24,720 nt of DNA. Source: Deferrisomatales bacterium. GTDB lineage: Bacteria > Desulfobacterota > Deferrisomatia > Deferrisomatales > JACRMM01. The stretch spans positions 1 through 24,720 of the forward strand of contig JAWSUI010000054.1 in NCBI GenBank assembly GCA_033551855.1, written 5' to 3'. The translations under genes were made by a program, and so were the position numbers. Below, piece by piece: positions 12,546-19,581 of the stretch (position 1 is its first letter; each line of letters starts with the position of its first letter). The notes under the pieces were generated by a model. That model did no database searches. It was not told the DNA's origin and was given only the letters and a program-made list of their open reading frames with translations.

Positions 12546-14828
12546 GGCAGCGACGGAAGTGACGGCGCCCAGGGCCCTCCGGGTCCCCCGGGCCCCTCGG
12601 GCACGGATGCCCCCGTGACCGCTACCGCCGCCGCTGACACCTGCGTCGTCTGCCACGGCGACGCGTCGGTCTTCTCGGCACGGGAGAACCACGACGCCTA
12701 TCTGCCCAGGGCAGCCAACTGGACGGTCCGAGAGGTGCTCGTCACCCCCGCCACCGTGGACGATCCCGCCTTCGTGGACATCACGGTGTCGATCGACGAT
12801 CAAGATCAGAATCTGGCCTACACAACCGTCGTCAACGTCCGCGCGCTCCGCATGGTCGACGGTGTTCGGACCAGCACCAACAACGCCGTTGCGGCTGCAA
12901 ATGCGACCGTAGATCTCAATGAGGACGGCGACCACGTCATCACCCTGCCGATCGATCTCGCAACCTTGCCGGGCTGGACCCCGGAGCAGGACGTGACCTG
13001 GCGCGTGCGGCTGAACTCCGGGGTGACCTACCCGGAAGCCGCGGTCATCGCCTACCAGAACGTGCGCGTCATGACCCCGGTCCGCGACCAGGGCTGCGTC
13101 AACTGCCACGGGCCCAATATCTTCGTCAACGCCATGGGTGGGTATGACAGCGTGGCGACCGGTGCCGACGGCAATCGTCGTGCGATGGGTAATCGTACCT
13201 ACCACTTCTCCGCGTACGGCGTGGAATCCTGCGTCATGTGCCACGGCAACGCGGACGGTGCCCATGGAGACCGCCTGTTGTACTATGCGCACGGCATCCA
13301 CCAGTCGAACAAGGTCAACAAGATCAACAACGAAGCCGGCAGCCTCGAGGTGAAGGAAGGTTGGTTCTTCTCGGTCCGCTACCCCGGCGACAACCAGAAC
13401 TGCAGCGCCTGCCACATGACCGATGCCGACCTGGCTGCCGTGCTGGCCGAGCCGGTCACCCGTCCCTTCTGCGGCAGCTGCCACGGTGAGGTCGGCGGCC
13501 GGGTGGTCGAAGCCGACAACGTCACGATCGATTGGGACAGCTTCACCTGGAGCACCCCTGGCAACGAGACCCTCCACCGCAGCCTGGGGGCGCTGGTCGA
13601 TTGCCAGACCTGCCACGACGGCACGGTCTCCCCTCGCACCGTCGTCGGCGACTTCCACCTCGGGTTCAACCCCGAGATGAGGGCGGCCGAGAACATCGAG
13701 ATGGAGATCACCGCCGTCGAGGCGGCCGGCCTCGGCGCCCCGATCCAGTTCCACTGGGAAGCGCGGCGGAGTGACGCCAGCCTGTACGATGCCTGCAACG
13801 CGACCGTGGGCCCGGATGCGCCCGTCTTCCTCGGCCAGTTCTCGGTCCGAATTGCGTACTACCAGGGCGACGACATCGCCAACGTCGGCGTCGGCTCCTA
13901 CGGCCAGCCGGGCGCCACCACCAACCTGACCGCCGAAAACACCGTCTGCGATGTGGACGGGCGGGCGACCACCACCGTCAACCTGCACACCGGGGCCGTG
14001 GCCGAGCGGGCCCAGATCACCTTCGACGGGCGTCCCCGCATCGACATTCAGGGGTTCGCCAACCAGCAGGCCCGGGTCCCGGTGCCCGCCTTCTCCTTCC
14101 TGATCGCCGACGGCACCCCGGCGCCGCGCCGCCAGATCGTCGACACCAACAAGTGCATCGGCTGCCATCGGGGCAACATGTACCGTCACGGCGGCGGGCG
14201 GAACGACAACATCGAGTCCTGCATCGCCTGCCACAACCCCTCCGCGACCGATCAGGGCGTCAGAGTGGGTCTCGGCATCGACGCCTCGAACGCCTATGAC
14301 CGCAAGAATGCGGAAAGCTTCAGCATGGCGTACAACATGCACGCGGTGCACGGCGTGGGCGAGCGCGACGCCTTCTACCTCGTCTACCGCAACCGCGGCC
14401 TCTACGGCTACGGCAGCCACAACACCCCCCTGCCGCCCAACTGGCCGTTGGACAGCGAGGGGAACCCGGCGGCCTATGCTCCGGGCCTTGAGGTGTTCGG
14501 CAGCAATCCGCCTGCCAACATCACCCACTACTTGAAGAAGGTGAACTTCCCCAATCGCCTCAACAACTGTCTGGCCTGTCACATCGAAGGCGCCTACGGC
14601 ATTCCGGACCAGAGCAAGGCGCTGGCCATCAGCATCGAGTCCGGTGACGACGGGGCGAGCCAGCTCGACGACACCCTGATCTCACCGGCCACCGGCGCCT
14701 GCATGGCCTGCCACCAGGCCGGTGACCCCGCTGTGCAGGCGGCCCTGCGCAATCACGCCTACCAGTTCAGCTGGCGCCCCAGCGTCATCGAAGGGGGCAA
14801 GGAAGCGGTCCTCGAGGCGGCGCAGTAA
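12474..14828 (+). CDS. OmcA/MtrC-like decaheme c-type cytochrome lipoprotein (copy 1)
   Basis: ATG 12474 after GGAGGAAGAG, 784 aa. Lipobox LTG-C24, Gly-X-Y linker, 10 CxxCH motifs arranged 1+5+4 around two heme-free beta-rich regions. MtrC-type features RRQIVD..KCxxCH, HxxH and (Y/F)P..NCxxCH. Confidence 0.88.
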   Translation: MRKLEWLKLAMVGLVAAPLALTGCGSDGSDGAQGPPGPPGPSGTDAPVTATAAADTCVVCHGDASVFSARENHDAYLPRAANWTVREVLVTPATVDDPAFVDITVSIDDQDQNLAYTTVVNVRALRMVDGVRTSTNNAVAAANATVDLNEDGDHVITLPIDLATLPGWTPEQDVTWRVRLNSGVTYPEAAVIAYQNVRVMTPVRDQGCVNCHGPNIFVNAMGGYDSVATGADGNRRAMGNRTYHFSAYGVESCVMCHGNADGAHGDRLLYYAHGIHQSNKVNKINNEAGSLEVKEGWFFSVRYPGDNQNCSACHMTDADLAAVLAEPVTRPFCGSCHGEVGGRVVEADNVTIDWDSFTWSTPGNETLHRSLGALVDCQTCHDGTVSPRTVVGDFHLGFNPEMRAAENIEMEITAVEAAGLGAPIQFHWEARRSDASLYDACNATVGPDAPVFLGQFSVRIAYYQGDDIANVGVGSYGQPGATTNLTAENTVCDVDGRATTTVNLHTGAVAERAQITFDGRPRIDIQGFANQQARVPVPAFSFLIADGTPAPRRQIVDTNKCIGCHRGNMYRHGGGRNDNIESCIACHNPSATDQGVRVGLGIDASNAYDRKNAESFSMAYNMHAVHGVGERDAFYLVYRNRGLYGYGSHNTPLPPNWPLDSEGNPAAYAPGLEVFGSNPPANITHYLKKVNFPNRLNNCLACHIEGAYGIPDQSKALAISIESGDDGASQLDDTLISPATGACMACHQAGDPAVQAALRNHAYQFSWRPSVIEGGKEAVLEAAQ

Positions 14829-14869
14829 CCTCCCGAAGGGATTCACCTGATCGACCTGCTGTTGCATGG

Positions 14870-14901
14870 GGCGGGGGAGCGCAAGCTCCCCCGCCTTTTT
14901 T
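14870..14901 (+). terminator. Intrinsic terminator after cytochrome 1
   Basis: 11-bp stem GGCGGGGGAGC-GCAA-GCTCCCCCGCC followed by TTTTTT. Confidence 0.92.
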
Positions 14902-14983
14902 CCAGTTCGCTTCCGGATCGGGTGGGTCGACCCGCTGTGTCCCCCTGGAGACAAAGAATTGCCGGCCGCCAAGAAGTCCCACC

Positions 14984-15012
14984 TTCCCGGATGCCTCCAT
15001 CGGTGGTATGGT
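14984..15012 (+). promoter_or_regulatory. Putative sigma70-type promoter (copy A), upstream of cytochrome 2
   Basis: TTCCCG-N17-TATGGT with extended -10 TG. Hexamers and spacing identical to the copy at 17598-17626, while the spacer has substitutions. Confidence 0.55.
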
Positions 15013-15113
15013 TCTTTCCGTTTGGTGCCCTGTGCCCCCCTTTCGACGCGAGACACCTGGTTCGGTGGTTGGTCCCCCGTCTGCCATCCACTTCCACCGG
15101 CCAGGAACGACCC

Positions 15114-15167
15114 GTGCCGCTCAGAGGACCGCTCGGGAAGGCACTGCTCAGAGGCCCGCCGGTGTAG
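15114..15167 (+). pseudogene. Duplicated 5' stub of the downstream porin gene, now a 17-codon mini-ORF
   Basis: 15114-15148 matches 17727-17761 at 32/35 nt (VPLRGPLGKALL vs MQLRGPLRKALL). It then runs into the cytochrome leader and stops at TAG 15165-15167. Confidence 0.8.
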
Positions 15168-15297
15168 ACCTCGGTGGAGGGGGTCGGTCCGGCATTTCCA
15201 ACAGGCAGTACGCTAGGAGGAAGAGATGAGGAAAGGCAAGTGGCTCAAACTCGTGATGGTAGGCCTGCTCGCCGCACCCCTGGCCCTGATGGGCTGC
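15155..15297 (+). repeat. Duplicated leader plus signal-peptide region, copy 2 (copy 1 at 12402-12545)
   Basis: CCCGCCGGTGTAGACCTCGGTGGAGGGGGTCGGTCCGGCAT...GCAGTAC...AGGAGGAAGAGATGAGGAA. Confidence 0.9.
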
Positions 15298-17508
15298 GCG
15301 GATGACGGCAGCGATGGGCGGCCGGGCGCGGACGGCAGGGACGGCCAGGACGGCCGCGACGCGCCCGTCGTGGCGGTCGAGACGTGTTTCGTGTGCCACG
15401 ACCCGGGAAGATCCGCGGATCTCCTCGACCGCCACGCGGTCACCGGGGAGGTTTCCTACACCGTTGTTGCCGAACCAGCGGCGGATGGGGACGACGTCAT
15501 CGTGTCCTTCAACATACTGGTCGACGGCGTTCCGGACGATGCCTTTGTCCGGGTGACCCGTGCGACCATCTTCCAGGGGGTGGACGGCGTCTACACCCGG
15601 TATGACTTCCGGGACGGCGCCACGATCGATACCATCACGGATGGCGTCTACGCGCTGCGGATCGCCCCGGTTGTTGCAGACCCCCCCATGCCGAACCCTG
15701 CGGAGTTCGTTGGCACGGATTCCCGCTACTACTTCCGGCTGCAGACGGGCGTCGGCGTGACCCCCGCCCGGCGGGCCAGCGTGTCGGCCGACGACGCCGC
15801 CTACGTCCGCCCCGCCCTGGCGAGCAAGCAGGCCTGCATCAACTGCCACGGCACCTTCACGGCCCTCGACAGCCACCACTTCAATCCGTTCGACGTCGAT
15901 AACTGCGTGGCCTGCCACAGCGCGGTCAACCCGTCCGACGACCTGAGCCTCGTCTACCTGGCCCACGGCATCCACAACTCCCACAACATGCCGAGCGGCC
16001 ACTTCGTGATCGGCGAAGACGAGTGGTCCGTCACGTACCCGACCTACATGCAGAACTGCAGCGTCTGCCACGACACCGACGCGGGCCTGGCAGCCGCCAC
16101 GGACACCCCGCCGACCTTCGACCTGTGCATGAGCTGCCACGAAGACTGGACGGGATTCGGCGATTCCGACTTCTCCGGCTTCAACCACGCCGCCTTTACC
16201 GCTGAGACGAACTGCGTCGGCTGCCACGACGGCACGGTCTCCCAGAAGACCACGGCGGCGGACTTCCACAACGGGCTCTTCACCGGGCGTAACGGCCTGA
16301 TCTGGGACGGCATGGACCAGTCGGTCGAGCAGGGCAAGGCCATCGCCATGGAGATCACCGAAGTCGCCGCCGCCGGCTCCGAGGGCGCGTTGTCGGTCAC
16401 CTGGCGGGCGTACAACCCGATCACCGACGAGGCCTACGACGCCTGCAACACCGACTTCGCCCTCGGCCCGGTGTTCTTCGGGGCCACCGCCGACTCCGAG
16501 CCGGGCGTCATCGCCGCGGGTCTGAGTATCCTGCGCGCCTACGCCCAGGGTGACGACTGGGTGAACACCGACGTCGGCACCGTTCCCGGCCAGCCCGCCG
16601 GGACCGTCGCCGTGACTGCCGACACCACCACGTGCGTGGGCGGCGTGGCCACGACGGTGGGAACCTTGAATGCGACCACGGCCACTCGGGCCCGGGTCGC
16701 CATCCAGGGCCGGCCTCAGGTCCGGTTCGAGCCTGCGGGCCAGGTCATCCTGGTCCGCTCCCCCGCCCCCACGTATGACTTCCTCGTGGCGGACGGAGCT
16801 CCGGCCGCAGCGCGCCGTCAGATCGCGGACACGACCAAGTGCCTGGCATGCCACTCGGGATCCCTCTACAATCACAGCTCCACAGGCACCGGCAGCCGCA
16901 TCGACAACGTCGAGCTCTGCGTCATGTGCCACAACGCGGCGTCGAACGAGAAGAACGTTCGCGAGGGGTACGGGGTCAGTGCCGCGGAGGCCTACGATGG
17001 AAAGACCGGTGAAACCTATGACCTCCGCTACATGCTCCATGCCATCCACTCTGCCGGGGAGACCGGAGCACCGTACGTCCTGTATCGGAACTTCGGCAAC
17101 GTGAACGGGATCTTCGCGTGGGCAAAGGACGAGAGCGCGCTTGGGCCCAACTGGCCCGGAACCGGCCTGCAGACCGTCTTCGGCTCCGACCCGGCAGCGC
17201 AGCGGAACCACAATTTCCACGCCCCGACCTACCCGCAGTTCCTGAACAACTGTCAGGCCTGCCACTTCCCCGGCGCGTACCTCGTGCCCGACCAGGGCAT
17301 GGCGGTCGCCCTGACCGTGGAGGCCGGTGAGGCCCCGTACGGCAACCAGCTCGACGACACCCTGATGGGGCCGGCGGCAGCGTCCTGCATGAGCTGTCAC
17401 CAGTCCGACAACCAGGCCGACCAGACCGGCCTGCGTGCCCACGCCTTCCAGAACGGCTGGGTGCCGACCGTCTTCCCGAACGGTCGGGAAGACGTGCTGA
17501 ACCCGTAG
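15226..17508 (+). CDS. OmcA/MtrC-like decaheme c-type cytochrome lipoprotein (copy 2)
   Basis: 760 aa. Lipobox LMG-C24, Gly-X-Y linker, 10 CxxCH in the same 1+5+4 layout. Paralog of copy 1 (shared AHGIH, CHDGTVS, MEIT, YDACN, QGDD, GQP, RRQI, QLDDTL blocks). Confidence 0.88.
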   Translation: MRKGKWLKLVMVGLLAAPLALMGCADDGSDGRPGADGRDGQDGRDAPVVAVETCFVCHDPGRSADLLDRHAVTGEVSYTVVAEPAADGDDVIVSFNILVDGVPDDAFVRVTRATIFQGVDGVYTRYDFRDGATIDTITDGVYALRIAPVVADPPMPNPAEFVGTDSRYYFRLQTGVGVTPARRASVSADDAAYVRPALASKQACINCHGTFTALDSHHFNPFDVDNCVACHSAVNPSDDLSLVYLAHGIHNSHNMPSGHFVIGEDEWSVTYPTYMQNCSVCHDTDAGLAAATDTPPTFDLCMSCHEDWTGFGDSDFSGFNHAAFTAETNCVGCHDGTVSQKTTAADFHNGLFTGRNGLIWDGMDQSVEQGKAIAMEITEVAAAGSEGALSVTWRAYNPITDEAYDACNTDFALGPVFFGATADSEPGVIAAGLSILRAYAQGDDWVNTDVGTVPGQPAGTVAVTADTTTCVGGVATTVGTLNATTATRARVAIQGRPQVRFEPAGQVILVRSPAPTYDFLVADGAPAAARRQIADTTKCLACHSGSLYNHSSTGTGSRIDNVELCVMCHNAASNEKNVREGYGVSAAEAYDGKTGETYDLRYMLHAIHSAGETGAPYVLYRNFGNVNGIFAWAKDESALGPNWPGTGLQTVFGSDPAAQRNHNFHAPTYPQFLNNCQACHFPGAYLVPDQGMAVALTVEAGEAPYGNQLDDTLMGPAAASCMSCHQSDNQADQTGLRAHAFQNGWVPTVFPNGREDVLNP

Positions 17509-17534
17509 CCGTCACGCACAGCAACCTTGGGATT

Positions 17535-17565
17535 CGGGCGGGCCATTCGGCCCGCCCGTTTTTTT
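17535..17565 (+). terminator. Intrinsic terminator after cytochrome 2
   Basis: 10-bp stem CGGGCGGGCC-ATTC-GGCCCGCCCG followed by seven T. Confidence 0.92.
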
Positions 17566-17597
17566 CTGCACGACGCACCACCTTGTCCGGCCCTGTC

Positions 17598-17626
17598 TTC
17601 CCGAACCCCTCAAACGGTGGTATGGT
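17598..17626 (+). promoter_or_regulatory. Putative sigma70-type promoter (copy B), upstream of the porin operon
   Basis: TTCCCG-N17-TATGGT with extended -10 TG, just downstream of a terminator and about 100 nt upstream of the porin ATG. Confidence 0.55.
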
Positions 17627-17726
17627 GCAGCCCGTTTGGCGCCCTGTGCCCCCCTCCTTCGGGGCTCGGGATAACCGTTTCGGCGGACTGTCCCCTTATC
17701 CCCCTCCACCGGACCAGGAGTGACCC

Positions 17727-19001
17727 ATGCAGCTCAGAGGACCGCTCAGGAAGGCACTGCTGCTCTGTCTGGCCGCGTCGCTGCCCCTCGGGGCGGCGCG
17801 GCCCGCCCGGACCGCCGAGCTCCAGGTCGAGTCGAACACCCTGGTGCGCTACTTCGAGCGGGACACGCGCAAGGGGGACGACAAGAAGGTGCTGCCGGTC
17901 TACGAGTACCTGCGGGTGGCGGCGGGCGAGCTGGAGGACAAGGGGCTCTCGGTCCACCTGTACGGCTGGGGCCGCTACGACCTGGCCGACAGCGACTACT
18001 TCAGCGACCGCTCCCAGGGGGAGCTCCTCTACGGCTACCTCCAGTACACGCGCCACGAGGCCAACTTCGCCGCACGGCTCGGCCGTCTGTACGTGTTCGA
18101 GGGCGTGGCCAACGAGTCGATCGATGGGCTGACCCTCCGGGGCGACATCGGGCCGGGCTTCACCCTCTCGGCATACGGCGGCCTGCCCGTGGCGCTCGAG
18201 ACCGTGGACGGCCGCAGCGGCGACCGGATCTGGGGGGGCCGGCTGAACCACCGCTGGGGGTACTGGTACGACGTAGGCCTCTCCTACAAGCGGGTCGACA
18301 ACGACGGCGACCGCCAGGAGCAGGTCCTCGGGGTGGATTCGTCGGTGACCCTGCCCTGGCCGATCCTGCTCTCCGGTTTCTCCGCGCGCAACCTGGAGAC
18401 CGACCAGTGGCAGGAGCACGCCTATGACGCTCGGATCAACCTGGGGCAGTTCGTGCTGCGCCCCGCCTTCGAGCGGTTCGTCTACGGCGCCTACTTCGAC
18501 ACGGGTGCGAACACCGGCGGGCCGTTCCGCTTCCTGAAGGACTCCAACGAGAGGGTGACCGTCATCGGGGCGGACGTCACCTGGTACCCCAAGGACGGCA
18601 TCGAGCTGCAGCTCAAGGGCAAGAGCTACGACTACCGGGAGCGGGACGACGACGCCTGGTACTTCGCCGCCCTGGCCGCCCTGCGCGTGCAGCGCAACGC
18701 CCAGGTGGGCGCCGAGGTGGGCATCATGGACGGCGACACCGACGACACCCGCTACAGCCTGTGGCGGGCCTGGTTCTACTGCGACCAGCGGCCCACCTTC
18801 TACAGCGGCGACGTGGTCTACGTCCGCTACGACGCGGACATCCTGGGGGAGGATCGCTCCCTCTTCGCCTCCCTGGGCGCAGGCCGGCGCTTCCTCGGGG
18901 ACGCGTTGGAGGTGAAGCTCTCCGGCGACTACAGCGCGGACCCGTACTTCGACCGGGACGTGAGGGGGATGCTGGCGGTCAAGTACCTCTTCTCCAAATA
19001 G
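17727..19001 (+). CDS. Outer-membrane beta-barrel of a porin-cytochrome complex (Geobacter ExtB/ExtE-like)
   Basis: 424 aa. Sec signal peptide, alternating hydrophobic/aromatic beta-strands (LSVHLYGWGRYDLAD, GELLYGYLQY), C-terminal VKYLF beta-signal-like end, no CxxCH, directly upstream of multiheme lipoproteins. The Ext family label is from recall, not a search. Confidence 0.78.
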   Translation: MQLRGPLRKALLLCLAASLPLGAARPARTAELQVESNTLVRYFERDTRKGDDKKVLPVYEYLRVAAGELEDKGLSVHLYGWGRYDLADSDYFSDRSQGELLYGYLQYTRHEANFAARLGRLYVFEGVANESIDGLTLRGDIGPGFTLSAYGGLPVALETVDGRSGDRIWGGRLNHRWGYWYDVGLSYKRVDNDGDRQEQVLGVDSSVTLPWPILLSGFSARNLETDQWQEHAYDARINLGQFVLRPAFERFVYGAYFDTGANTGGPFRFLKDSNERVTVIGADVTWYPKDGIELQLKGKSYDYRERDDDAWYFAALAALRVQRNAQVGAEVGIMDGDTDDTRYSLWRAWFYCDQRPTFYSGDVVYVRYDADILGEDRSLFASLGAGRRFLGDALEVKLSGDYSADPYFDRDVRGMLAVKYLFSK

Positions 19002-19088
19002 GCGACGCACCGAAGAGCAGGCTCGACCGAGAACGCAGATCCGGCCGCGGGCGCGAGAGCCCGGGCCCTTCCTCTGGGGAGCAAGACC

Positions 19089-19556
19089 ATGCCCGAACGC
19101 ACGCTCAAGACGATCCTCGCGCTCCTGCTCGTGGCGGGCCTCGTGGCCGCCTGCGCCACCTTGCCCCGGCGTTACACCCTGCCGGACGTGCACCCGTATC
19201 CCCTGGACAAGGGCCGGACCGACTGCCTCGAGTGCCACGATCGGGCCGACGACCAGGTGGTCTACGCGAACTTCGTCCACACGCCGGACTGGACCAACCA
19301 GCACCGCGGCCCCGCCTACCAGGGTGAGGCGGTGTGCGCCATGTGCCACACCCAGAGCTTCTGCAACGACTGCCACGTGACCCGGAGCGAGCTCAAGCCC
19401 TCCATCAAGAACCAGACCGACACCTACCTGCGGACCCCTCACCGGGGGGACTATCTCTCGCGCCATCGGATCGACGGGCGCCTGAACCCGACCTCGTGCT
19501 TCCGGTGCCACGGAAACCCCAAGGCCTCCAAGACCTGCGCCCCCTGCCACGGCTAG
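19089..19556 (+). CDS. Pentaheme c-type cytochrome lipoprotein (ExtC/ExtF-like)
   Basis: 155 aa. Lipobox VAA-C22, CxxCH x5 (CLECH, CAMCH, CNDCH, CFRCH, CAPCH), HRGDYLSRHRIDG segment. Confidence 0.85.
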   Translation: MPERTLKTILALLLVAGLVAACATLPRRYTLPDVHPYPLDKGRTDCLECHDRADDQVVYANFVHTPDWTNQHRGPAYQGEAVCAMCHTQSFCNDCHVTRSELKPSIKNQTDTYLRTPHRGDYLSRHRIDGRLNPTSCFRCHGNPKASKTCAPCHG

Positions 19557-19581
19557 GACAGGCCCCAAGGAGAGGACTGCG

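Noticed and set aside
13146..13169. DSVATGAD in cytochrome 1 as an ApbE flavinylation site
   Set aside because: Lacks the acceptor Ser/Thr of [ST]GA[ST] and is absent from the paralog.
17636..17650. TGGCGCCCTGTGC as a sigma54 promoter
   Set aside because: GG and GC are 8 nt apart rather than the required 10.
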